Below the pieces are notes generated by a model, which had not been told where the DNA came from, made no database searches, and saw nothing but the letters and a program-made list of their open reading frames with translations. Of a stretch of 64,000 nt of DNA, positions 45,564 through 56,200 are shown in pieces. The DNA lies in NCBI GenBank assembly GCA_043228905.1, contig JBHGNT010000021.1, positions 5,890,001 through 5,954,000 of the forward strand. The letters run 5' to 3'. Numbering within the stretch: position 1 is the stretch's first letter; each line of letters opens with the position of its first letter. A program made the translations under genes and the position numbers. The stretch is from Azolla caroliniana. Taxonomy: Eukaryota > Plantae > Polypodiophyta.

Positions 45564-48500
45564 GCGTTCACCATGTGAGCCACCGAGTTCGTCCCTCCTT
45601 GCGGCAGGGTACACATTCGTACTAGGCCGAGAGGAGTTCACATTGTCATGATGTCCCTGCTCTCTATGGCAAGCTGGAACTGATCATACCCCGAGTAGAG
45701 ATCACCGACCGAGTAAATCGACCTTCCGGCGAAGGCCTCCGCGAACTCGTCTATTGTCGGTCCGATTCCTGCATTTCGAATGGTCACCTTGTTGACCGGC
45801 TGCAGGTCTTGAATAAAACACAACGTGCCGTCCTTCTTCGGCACAGTAAACCACCGATTCGAGTATGGGGCACTCGACGGTTCGAGGATTCCCATCTCGA
45901 CCTTCTGCTTTAACAGCTCCATCAGCTTCGGGATGTGAGCTCTGGGTACTGGAATCGGTTTGAGACTCCACCGCACATGTGGTATCGTGAATATCACCAT
46001 TGGTTCCACGACTTTCAGGTCTACGCACCCGATCTCCTCCGGTGAGAATGTGAAAGCCTTCCCGTGCCTTCCGAGCATTCCCCGAAAACGGTCCTCTTCC
46101 GCCATCAGTAGGAAGCCGCCCCCACCGATTTTGAGCTCGCGCGGCGTTATGTCAGTGAACGTGTGTCCTATGCGGGCCGGATTTTGTAAACTCGGGTCCG
46201 ACGCAACCCCCTTTATTCGCAACTCGCTGCCCTCCTACAAGGGAGCCGCGACTGGCCTCACCTTCCGGTCCACAGTCTTGTACCTTGTGTCCACCCGGGC
46301 CATCTGATCCGACTCGAGCCCTCTACTGAAGTCCGCGATGACTTCGTACATCTTTTCCGAACATACCGGAATCATCCGGTCCTCTTTAAGGACTCCTCCG
46401 ACTACCTCCCGCAGCTCCCCCAAGGTATCGTCGAAAGAGACCGCCTCCACGGCTCCGTTGATTTCTTCTCCGAGGTCGAGGACGCCACATGCCCGAAGTC
46501 GCTCCTCCGCCCTTCTCTTCTTCCGGCCAACAACGTCGACTATCGCACACCCTCCGTTGTCGGAGAACCAAAATTCCCTACTTATAACACAGGTCTTCTT
46601 CGCTATCATACACTTGTGGGGTTTTCCCGGATTGTTCGGACTATCGCGGCCCCACGCCTTGATAGCCCTCTTCAAAAATCCTCCCGGCTTTCGCCCCCGA
46701 GGGTCTCGCGGTTCCTCTCATGGTTCCGTCTCACCGTCAGGAACTGGACCGAGTGACGCCCATCCTGGCTCTTGACCCTTGCATAGGCCGAGCCGTTGTC
46801 CAGCACCTTGGTCTCCATTCGTGCTGCCGTGATGTACGATTCTCCTAGTATAACCGGATTTGAGGACGTCTCTTGCACAAAGAAGTGATGGTCAATCTCG
46901 ACATCGCCAATCTTTACTCGTACATTCGGGCAGGCTCCATGCAATTCTTCGGTGGCACGCGTCGCTGCCCGAATCTTCCACCCGTGCTTGGTGTTGATCG
47001 GCCATTTCCCCTTCTTATAGAAGTCCATGGACATCAAATTGATTTCTGAACCGTGGTCCACCAACGCCACCACCGGTTCATGAACATCTCCTATCTTCAC
47101 GGGGGTCTCCGTGGTTGCTCTGGCCCAGTGCGGCCTCGAATAGTGGCTCTCCACCAACTCGTCTTCCAGCGCCATGTCCTCTATGTGCGTTGTCCGCACC
47201 TCCACCGCCTTCTCCGGTTCGGTCTCCGTCGACAGCCTCTTCCTCTTCACCAAGTCTACGATGGAGTCGTGGAACTCCTTCTTGGCGATCCCGAGCACTT
47301 CCCTCAGCGATAGCTCCACCTTGCTGTCGAGGATTCGTTCTTCCAGGACCTTTCGCAGGTCCGTGGATCTTTCGATTTCTGTGCCCAGCCGGTACCCGCC
47401 CTTCTTGGGATTATCCTGGGCGCCGGTTACAACGGCCTCATTCCGTCTTTGCCCGAATTGAGTTTCATATCGCTGTGAGGGCCCGGCCCCTCCGGTTTTC
47501 CCTACTCGCTTGTCCTCCACCAGAGCCTCGTAGTTTTGACAAGCGGCTTCGACGAAGCCCGTCTTTTTATCCACAGGGTCACTCCACCCGGTTACCTCCC
47601 GGGCCCGTTTTTCCGCGCGGTCCACCTCTTCTTTCCTCAGTCGTGCGCCGGCGAGGCCTTCCAGCATCGTCAGCCAGAACCCGGCTTTGTTCGTCTTCGG
47701 GGCATCGCCACCTCCGACCCGAATACCAACTGACGTCGAGTAGTGGACGGTCTCAGTGTGACGAGCCGCCGCCTCCTCCATCAGCCTTTTCATACCCCCT
47801 TGCCCGACCGTTCCAAAGGTACACCACGTTGCTTCTCATTGCCTCGGCGAAGTCCCCGCAGTCCTTCTGGATGTGCCCAACCGCGTCACACCACATGCAC
47901 CTGTTTTCAGCCAGAGGTCGTCGGTCACAGGCCTGTTCGCCACCATCCCTCCGTGCCTGGGCAATCTGGAGATCCTTTACCATCCGCGTCAGCTCCTCTA
48001 GAGTTGCTCCCCCGGACGAGCCCTTGACCATGCCGGTTGAAGCCGACCCGGTCTCGAGCCAATCTCGGGTCTCTTCCCTTCGCGTTGGTGGTGTTGGCTC
48101 GAGCTTCTTTGCTGCGACTGAGCCCGCCCCTGTCGATCCTTTGTCAACCCATTCCCGCCGTTTGTCGAAACGGCCACAGACCCTTTTCACCATGGCCCAG
48201 TCGGCCGTCAGCTCGTCATCAGTCTCCAATAGGAGGCCTACCTGCTCCCGATCCTGCTCGTCAACCGACTTAACAAACAATAGGACACGGCTTGTGTCCA
48301 GAACGGTCCGGTCAAGCACCGAGAGGCGCGCGAAGCGTTCCTCAAACTCCCGAAGGAGCACTGACGCGTTCCTTCCTTTGTCGGGGGTCTCCATCCATTC
48401 CATGAAGTCCCGGTTCGAAAGTCGAAGCGCATCTTCAAGCCCGTATCTTTCGAGGAGCCGACCTTCGAACTCCTCCCAGGTCCGGCTCTCGGCCCATACC

Positions 48501-49389
48501 TCGAGCACCTCCGTATGGATACCCGGCATCGCCACTCGAGGGAATCCGGCTAGACGCCTCTCTTCCGGAATGTCCCTCATTACCATCTCAGCCCGGTAGG
48601 ACGCCAAGTAGCTCGTGGCATCCTTCCCACTAAACCGACCGATCGTACAGAAAACCGCCTCGATAGCCCTATCAAGGGCGTCGGTGCCTTCGCGCGCACT
48701 CACTATACGGTCTACAGCCGAAGCCATGGCTTCTGCAAGGTCCGACCCCCTCATCTTCTACTCCTCTGCCGCTTGTTCACGTCGGGTTCTCCAAATATGT
48801 CGCGTTGTTACACGCGTGCGTGGAGAACAAGGCGGGACCACTGGGGTCTTGGACCGAGGAATAGGTGAGGAAAGAGAGAGAGAGAGAGACGCTCACTCAC
48901 GTATAGACAAAGAAGCGCACGGGGACGCGGCACAACAACACAGGAGACGCGAGTTGAGAACACTAGAGTATGTATGTAGACGACTCGAACGGTTACAGCC
49001 GATCAGGTCGGCGAGGTGGATGCCGACGCCTGATCACCCACGCACACAGGAGAGCAAGATGGAGATTCTGCCGGAAGCGCATGGGCGTTCCACGGAGCAG
49101 AATCAGCCTCCTGAGAACCTGCGCAAAAGAAAGCTATGGAGAACGACAGAGAAGAAGAGCTCGGTCCCAGTCTGACAGCACTTCGTTCCTTCTAGCGTGC
49201 AATATCTTCTCTCCCCCGTCTCCCTCTCTTTTATAGCTCAAGGAGGGAGGTCGTTTCACCCGTTTACATCACATTAATTCTCTGTCCTTTCGGACAGAGA
49301 TACTCCTCGATTTCCCTTATAGAATATTGTTGGGATTTCGGTCCCTCCGGATGGGATGTCCGGAGATGAATGACGGCAAGCCCGGTTGC

Positions 49390-49525
49390 GGTTACGGAAC
49401 CGGATGATGAAGACCCCGGTTACGGAACCGGATGATGAAGACCCCGGTTACGGAGCCGGATGATGAAGACCCCGGTTACGGAACCGGATGATGAAGACCC
49501 CGGTTACGGAACCGGATGATGAATG
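49390..49525 (+). repeat. 28-bp tandem repeat in copia U3 (about 5 copies in the 5' LTR, 2 in the 3' LTR)
   Basis: Unit ggttacggaaccggatgatgaagacccc; the LTR length difference 647-563=84 equals 3x28. Confidence 0.93.
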
Positions 49526-50005
49526 TACCCGGAGAGAGATCCGGATGCGGAGACATATTTGTGAATATGTTTGCCAAGAGCCCTTGAGGCTATATTTGTA
49601 AATAGCCCGAAAGTCATATGTGTATAAATATGACTTAGGGCAAACAGTTTTATGTTGTTGCTCATTTTTCATGAGAAGTGAGAGCAGCCGAGAGAGAGAG
49701 TGAGAGACGAAGAGGTCGTTGCCTCTGTGTAATACCGCCGCCTGTGGCGAGGACAGCGAGCTCAAGGTTGTTGCCTTGTAGCCTCACCATTGTACATCTC
49801 TGTGTATAGTGATAGTTGGAGTTAGAGGACTCCCGTGGTTTTTTCCCATTTAGGGTTTTCCACGTAAACATCCTGTGTGCTCTTCTCTCTGTTGTTCTTC
49901 GTGCATTCTTGTATTTCCCGTTTTCTGCGAATCGATCCTGTTCCTCGGTTGTGGCCGAGCACGGAATTGCAACAAATTGGTATCAGAGCGACGGTAACAC
50001 AGAAA

Positions 50006-53000
50006 ATGGAAGGCGCCGGTAGTGGGCCTCCGGGCATGATGGTGCTGAATGCGCAGAATTACGCCGACTGGAAGATCAAGATGGAGGATCTTCTGATTGT
50101 TCGGGACCTGTACGAACCGATTGACAGGTCGGAAATACCGAAGGGGGTACTTGAGTCGGAGTGGAAGCTCCTGAACCGGAAAGCCGTAGCGACGATCCGA
50201 CAATATGTCGATGTAAGCGTTCTACAGCATGTGGCGAACGACACCAACGCATATGAGATGTGGCGGAAGCTGTCGGGCCTCTATGAGAGGAAGAATGCGT
50301 TGAACCGGACCTCCCTGATGAGGAAGATAGTGAACCTCAAGTACCGGGACGACGAGAGTATGGTGGAACACGTAAGCACGTTCATGGGATTCGTGAACCA
50401 GCTTGCGGCGATCAAGTTCCCGTTGGAGGATGCAATGCAAGCCATCATCCTGATGTGTACATTGCCGGACAGCTGGGAGAACTTGGTGGTGACTCTCAGC
50501 ACCTCCTGCACCGAAGATAACTTGTCTCTACAAACGGTAAAGACAAGTATTTTGAACGAAGAAGCGCGTCGGAGAGATAAAGAACCGGTCTCCGACTCGA
50601 AGGCGCTGCTTACCGAATCGGAACGGGGAAGACAGTGGAACCGGAGTCCGCAAAGACGGGAGAAGTCGGGGACCCGGTCGCAGTCAAGAGGAAGGCCAAC
50701 ATGCTTCCACTGTGGGAAGCCGGGGCACTTCCGGAAGAATTGTCGGCATTACCGAAAGGACAACGGAGCCGACGACACCGATTCGAAGAAGTCACCGGAG
50801 AGAAACGGTGCATACCGGGGAGCCACGGACCGGAGAGGTCCGGATCGGCGAGGGCAGGACCGGAAAGGAACAACGGCACTCGCGGCAAGTGAGGAAGAAA
50901 TCATGCTCATCACCGAAGAATGTGAACTAAACGTAGCCGGCGATGAGACGACCTGGGTGGTCGATTCCGGAACATCGTTCCACCTGACCCCGGAGAGAAG
51001 ATACTTCTCATCCTACACAGCCGGTGAGCATGGCTGTGTTCGGATGGGGAATGAAGGTACGTGCCGGATTGCCGGCATAGGAGACGTGTGGTTGACAACC
51101 CCGACCGGATGCAAAATGCTGCTGAAGGATGTTCGACACGTTCCGGAGGTTCGATTGAACCTGATTTCGGCCGGGAGGCTAGACGATGAAGGCTACACGG
51201 GTAGCATCCGGAACGGTGTCATGAAGTTCAGCAAAGGGAGCCTGATAGTGGCTCGGGCCCGGAAGGTCAACACCCTGTACCTGATGAATTCCCGGCTCTG
51301 TCCGGAGGAGCTGAACGTGGCAGCCGACACTGCCGGTGAGCTGTGGCACAAGAGACTGTGCCACATGAGTGAGAAGGGGATGAAGAGGCTTGCAGAAGAC
51401 AACCTTATTCCAGTGAAGCATGTGCACCTGGAGAAGTGCACCGACTGCCTGGCCGGTAAGCAAAACCGGACCTCTTTCCACTCAAGGCCACCGACGAGAC
51501 GTAGCGCACCATTGGAGCTGGTGCACACTGATGTGTGTCAGGTAGAAACGAAGTCACATGGCGGAGCCCAGTACTTCGTGACATTCATTGATGACCACAG
51601 CCGGAAGCTGTGGACGGCACCGTTGAAGACAAAGGACCAAGTGTTGTCCGTCTTCAAAGAACTCCACGCGAGAGTGGAAAGGGAATCCGGCAAGAAGCTG
51701 AAAGCGATACGAGCGGATAACGGAGGGGAATACCGGGGGCAGTTCCAGGAGTACTGTCGCTCGAAGGGAATCCGGCTCGAGTTTACTGTGCCGAAGACGC
51801 CGGAACTGAACGGGCTGGCCGAGAGGATGAACCGGACCATAATGGAGAGGGTCCGGAGTATGCTGGCGCATGCGAAATTACCCAAGGGGTTTTGGGCTGA
51901 GGCGATGTCGACGGCGACATACGTGATAAACAGATCACCCTCAGTACCTTTGGACGGAGACACGCCGCAGAGAGTGTGGACCGGTAGGGAAGTATCCTAC
52001 CGGCATCTGAAGGTGTTCGGGTGTCTCGCATACGTGCATGTGGCAAAGGACCGGAGAGGAAAGCTAGATCCAAAGACCCGGCCATGCATATTCCTCGGTT
52101 ACGGTGACGACGAGTTCGGCTACCGAGTATGGGACCCGGTCGACAAGAAGATATTCAGGAGTCGAGACATCATCTTCATGGAGGACAAGACACTCGCCGA
52201 CTGGGAGTCGGAGAAGAAGATGAAGAGCTCAAAGTCGACCGGTGAGGATCAACTCTACGAGGAGCAGTCCCGACCGGCAAGGGACCGGTTAGCACTCGAG
52301 GATCCGGCCGAAGACGGTGAAGAAACAGAACCGGCCGAAGAAGATGAAAATGATACCGGAACCGGCCCCGATCCCGAAATGGATTCCGATGAAGAAGAAG
52401 AATCGGAAGAACCGGTTACCGAAGCTCCCGAACGGAGATATCCTCTAAGAGAGAGAAGGGCCCCCCGGAGATTTCCGGAACCAGAGCACGTGCTGCTAAC
52501 AGACGAGGGGGAGCCGGAAAGTTTTGAAGAAGCAAAACATGACACCCAGAGCCGCAGGTGGTTGAGTGCCATGCAGGACGAGATGGATTCCCTGCATGAG
52601 AATCACACATATGAACTTGTGGAGTTGCCGAAAGGAAAGCGGGCACTTCGAAACAAGTGGGTGTTCAAGCTGAAACCGGGAGATGCCGGAAACCCCCCGA
52701 GATACAAAGCCAGGATCGTGGTGAAGGGGTTTCAGCAAAAGAAGGGCGTCGACTTCGACGAGATATTTGCCCCGGTAGTGAAGATGACCTCCATCCGGAC
52801 GGTGCTGAGCATAGCAGCAAGCATGGACCTCGAGGTAGAACAGATGGACGTGAAGACGGCATTCCTTCACGGTGACCTCGAAGAAGAGATCTACATGCAG
52901 CAACCGGAAGGATTCGAGAAGAAAGGGAAGGAGCACCTGGTATGCCGGTTGAAGAAGAGCCTTTACGGACTGAAGCAGGCTCCCCGGCAATGGTACCGGA

Positions 53001-54082
53001 AGTTCGACTCCTTCATGACCGACGAAGGGTACCACAAAACGCAGTCTGATCACTGCGTGTTTGTGAAGAAGTTTGAAGGAGGAGACTCTCTAATACTCCT
53101 CCTGTACGTGGACGACATGTTGATCGTCGGACGGGACCAGGTCAAGATACGGATGCTGAAGAAGGCTCTTCACCGAACCTTCTCAATGAAGGACTTGGGC
53201 CCGGCGAGACAAATACTAGGGATGCACATCATCCGGAACCGGAGCAAGAAGCAGTTGTGGCTGTCACAGGAAAAGTACGTGACAAAGGTGCTTAAACGGT
53301 TCAACATGTCGGAAGCAAGACCGGTCGGATCGACCCTCCCGGCAAACTGCAAGTTGTCCAGCAAGCAAAGCCCCAAGACAAAGGCTGAGAAGGAGGACAT
53401 GATGAAAGTACCATATGCCTCTGCTGTCGGAAGCTTGATGTACGCAATGGTGTGTACAAGACCAGACATTGGATACGCAGTCGGAGTGGTGAGCCGGTAC
53501 ATGAGCAATCCCGGCAAAGAGCATTGGAACGCGGTCAAGTGGATACTCCGATACCTGAAGGGCACGGCAAACGTGTGCCTCCGATTCGGCTCCGGTAAGC
53601 CTGAACTCGACGGCTTCACCGATTCGGATATGTCGGCTGATGCAGATACCAGCCGGTCCACATCAGGGTATGTGATGACCTATGCAGGGGGAGCCGTTTC
53701 GTGGCAGTCGAGGCTGCAGAAGACGGTTGCGTTGTCAACCACGGAGGCGGAGTACATGGCAGCTGTTGAAGCCGGCAAGGAAATAATATGGATGAAGGAC
53801 TTCATTAGAGAGCTCGGTATCCAGCAGGAGGAGTACCGACTCTACTGCGACAGTCAGAGTGCCATCCACCTTGCGAAGAACGCGGCTTATCACTCCCGGA
53901 CGAAGCACATCCAGCGAAGATATCACTGGATCCGGGAAAGGATAGAAGACAAGGAGTTCGAGCTGACGAAGGTCCACACGGACGAGAACGGGTCAGATAT
54001 GCTGACCAAGGTGCTCACACCCGACAAGCTGGAAGCATGCCGGAAGAGGATCGGACTGGAGAGACATCCCATGCCGAAGTGA
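50006..54082 (+). CDS. Copia Gag-PR-IN-RT-RNase H polyprotein, 1358 aa
   Basis: CFHCGKPGHFRKNC, WVVDSGTSFH, WHKRLCH, VHTDV, IRADNGGEY, QMDVKTAFLHG, SLYGLKQAPRQW, LYVDD, TRPDI, STTEAEY, RTKHI; no stops. Confidence 0.96.
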   Translation: MEGAGSGPPGMMVLNAQNYADWKIKMEDLLIVRDLYEPIDRSEIPKGVLESEWKLLNRKAVATIRQYVDVSVLQHVANDTNAYEMWRKLSGLYERKNALNRTSLMRKIVNLKYRDDESMVEHVSTFMGFVNQLAAIKFPLEDAMQAIILMCTLPDSWENLVVTLSTSCTEDNLSLQTVKTSILNEEARRRDKEPVSDSKALLTESERGRQWNRSPQRREKSGTRSQSRGRPTCFHCGKPGHFRKNCRHYRKDNGADDTDSKKSPERNGAYRGATDRRGPDRRGQDRKGTTALAASEEEIMLITEECELNVAGDETTWVVDSGTSFHLTPERRYFSSYTAGEHGCVRMGNEGTCRIAGIGDVWLTTPTGCKMLLKDVRHVPEVRLNLISAGRLDDEGYTGSIRNGVMKFSKGSLIVARARKVNTLYLMNSRLCPEELNVAADTAGELWHKRLCHMSEKGMKRLAEDNLIPVKHVHLEKCTDCLAGKQNRTSFHSRPPTRRSAPLELVHTDVCQVETKSHGGAQYFVTFIDDHSRKLWTAPLKTKDQVLSVFKELHARVERESGKKLKAIRADNGGEYRGQFQEYCRSKGIRLEFTVPKTPELNGLAERMNRTIMERVRSMLAHAKLPKGFWAEAMSTATYVINRSPSVPLDGDTPQRVWTGREVSYRHLKVFGCLAYVHVAKDRRGKLDPKTRPCIFLGYGDDEFGYRVWDPVDKKIFRSRDIIFMEDKTLADWESEKKMKSSKSTGEDQLYEEQSRPARDRLALEDPAEDGEETEPAEEDENDTGTGPDPEMDSDEEEESEEPVTEAPERRYPLRERRAPRRFPEPEHVLLTDEGEPESFEEAKHDTQSRRWLSAMQDEMDSLHENHTYELVELPKGKRALRNKWVFKLKPGDAGNPPRYKARIVVKGFQQKKGVDFDEIFAPVVKMTSIRTVLSIAASMDLEVEQMDVKTAFLHGDLEEEIYMQQPEGFEKKGKEHLVCRLKKSLYGLKQAPRQWYRKFDSFMTDEGYHKTQSDHCVFVKKFEGGDSLILLLYVDDMLIVGRDQVKIRMLKKALHRTFSMKDLGPARQILGMHIIRNRSKKQLWLSQEKYVTKVLKRFNMSEARPVGSTLPANCKLSSKQSPKTKAEKEDMMKVPYASAVGSLMYAMVCTRPDIGYAVGVVSRYMSNPGKEHWNAVKWILRYLKGTANVCLRFGSGKPELDGFTDSDMSADADTSRSTSGYVMTYAGGAVSWQSRLQKTVALSTTEAEYMAAVEAGKEIIWMKDFIRELGIQQEEYRLYCDSQSAIHLAKNAAYHSRTKHIQRRYHWIRERIEDKEFELTKVHTDENGSDMLTKVLTPDKLEACRKRIGLERHPMPK

Positions 54083-55337
54083 AGGGGGAGTTTGTTGGGA
54101 TTTCGGTCCCTCCGGATGGGATGTCCGGAGATGAATGACGGCAAGCCCGGTTGCGGTTACGGAACCGGATGATGAAGACCCCGGTTACGGAACCGGATGA
54201 TGAATGTACCCGGAGAGAGATCCGGATGCGGAGACATATTTGTGAATATGTTTGCCAAGAGCCCTTGAGGCTATATTTGTAAATAGCCCGAAAGTCATAT
54301 GTGTAAAAATATGACTTAGGGCAAACAGTTTTATGTTGTTGCTCATTTTTCATGAGAAGTGAGAGCAGCCGAGAGAGAGAGTGAGAGACGAAGAGGTCGT
54401 TGCCTCTGTGTAATACCGCCGCCTGTGGCGAGGACAGCGAGCTCAAGGTTGTTGCCTTGTAGCCTCACCATTGTACATCTCTGTGTATAGTGATAGTTGG
54501 AGTTAGAGGACTCCCGTGGTTTTTTCCCATTTAGGGTTTTCCACGTAAACATCATGTGTGCTCTTCTCTCTGTTGTTCTTCGTGCATTCTTGTATTTCCC
54601 GTTTTCTGCGAATCGATCCTGTTCCTCGGTTGTGGCCGAGCACGGAATTGCAACAAATATTGCTACTTAGGATTTCACCTTTGTGCCTACCTATCTACTA
54701 TACGACAAGGGAAGTGCCCACGTGTAAGGGCCGGTTCACACACACTATACACGGTTTGCGCCTGGGGACGGTTTTCTTCACGACAACATGGAAACCCTGA
54801 ACGGGAAAAACCACGGGAGCCCACAGACTCCAAACTATCACTACGTAGAAAGAATACAACAGGGGGCATAGAGGCAACAACCTCGTGCTCACTCTCTCTT
54901 CACCAGGCGGTGGTTACAACAGAGACTTACTTTGTTTTTGTCTCTCTCTCTCTCTCTCTCGCTCTTTCTCTTCCTCTTCTTTTGTTACACTTTGTACAAT
55001 AGTTACACCAATACCACTATACAAAACAATGACAACATAATGATACACACACATCACTCTGTTTGCCCTAGGTCATATTTATACTAATATGACATTAGGA
55101 CTATTTATAGATATAGCCCCAATGGGCTCTCAGAAACATATTTCCAGATATGTCCCTTCATCTAGTGAGAGGTTCTCACCGGGCCTGCGTCATCCGGTTC
55201 TCACCAGGTCTTCCTTGCCGGGTACTCATCATTTGGTTCTCACCGGGTCTTCCATACCGTGTACTCATCATCCGGTTCTCATCGGGTCTGTGTTGCCGGG
55301 TTCTCATATCCCATCCGGAGGGACCGAAATCCTAACA

Positions 55338-56200
55338 AGAACAACATTAGAACCACCCACTCTATCCCATGTTGCGTCAATCATATTAAAATCACCGCCC
55401 ATGCACCAAGGATCAACATGTGGAAATTGTTGGACAATTTGTGTCTAGAAACCCTTACGAGCACCCCTAACATTTGGTGCATAAATGTTCAAAAAACTGT
55501 AAACAACATCACTAATTTTAAGGAGTAGATAATGAAACGTTCCTTCCACCACTTGTTGGGAATGAAGAACAAATTGCATCCATTTATCACTAAGCATCAT
55601 ACATACACCACCTTTATTTTCCGACTGTCCACATGCCGGAATCCAATAATACCTCAAATCACCACGAAGCATATTACCATAAGACTGTATTTCACTTGCA
55701 TCTAAATGGTGTTCTTGTAACATAATCAAATCACAACTTCCAACCTGAAATTTATGAAGTTCCCTACGTATTCTAGCCTTGAATCTTCTACATAAAGCAA
55801 CTCCTAATCCGTGCACGTTCCATGATAGCACCAAAAAATTATCCATATGTTAATAATAACTTTTTTTAAACCTTACATTTACTCTCCCCCGAATGTTTCT
55901 TCAGCTCACATGCTTGTGTTGAAATTCTCAAGCCTTTAGCAACCATCTTATTAGTGGATTTGTTTACAATAGACTTATGTATGCTCAATCGAGTATGTTC
56001 TTCCTCATGATTTACACATGCACTACCACCAATGACAACCATGCTCTTAGTTCTTGATCTCGTCATACAACCTTTAAATTCTGGATGCATCCTAACATCT
56101 GATTGCAAGTCTATCACCTTTGGCACCAACTAGTGAGACTCCTCTATAGTCTCTAGGTTAGTGATCATGAGACTTTGCTCCACTACCTTATTGTTATCCT
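55338..56200 (-). mobile_element. 5' part of the same LINE (start of ORF2 APE endonuclease; upstream limit uncertain)
   Basis: LSWNVHGL, LIMLQEHH, NIYAPN, WCMGGDFNMI. Joining 55343 to 17627 restores the reading ...GGSNVVL-TSCELVSWE. Confidence 0.88.

Larger units (their letters stand above)
49328..54655 (+). mobile_element. Intact young Ty1/copia retrotransposon (Tnt1-like), element E, in the Gypsy A 5' LTR
   Basis: LTRs 49328-49974 and 54093-54655, TSD AATAT, tRNA-iMet PBS TGGTATCAGAGC 49978-49989, PPT 54077-54090. Confidence 0.97.
17760..54785 (-). mobile_element. Ty3/Gypsy element A (host of B, D and copia E), degenerate
   Basis: 3' LTR 17760-18464; 5' LTR 48798-54785 (split by copia); TSD ACGT/ACAT; tRNA-Trp-type PBS 48776-48793; PPT at 18465; gag-PR 48754-46672; RT start 46675-45564; RNase H end/IN 40700-40253 and 19683-18541. 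Confidence 0.92.
17628..55337 (-). mobile_element. Copia-type solo LTR 1, split into 17628-17759 and 54790-55337 by Gypsy A
   Basis: TG...CA ends, TSD AGAAT/AGAAC, clear similarity to the reverse complement of the copia LTR at 49328 (ggtccctccggatggga; gaaaaaccacgggag); 39-bp tandem repeats at 55191-55300. Confidence 0.8.

Noticed and set aside
47115-48599. 494-aa plus-strand ORF and many other antisense ORFs over the Gypsy and copia elements
   Set aside because: Shadow ORFs of GC-rich coding sequence, with no recognisable domain and not conserved as ORFs between related elements A and C.
49390-49525. CRISPR-like appearance of the 28-bp repeats (also the 54-bp and 39-bp repeats)
   Set aside because: Head-to-tail with no unique spacers, no cas genes, eukaryotic LTR context.
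49877-50005. N-terminal extension of the copia ORF given in the ORF track
   Set aside because: Begins at a non-ATG codon inside the LTR and crosses the PBS; the ATG at 50006 is the plausible start.
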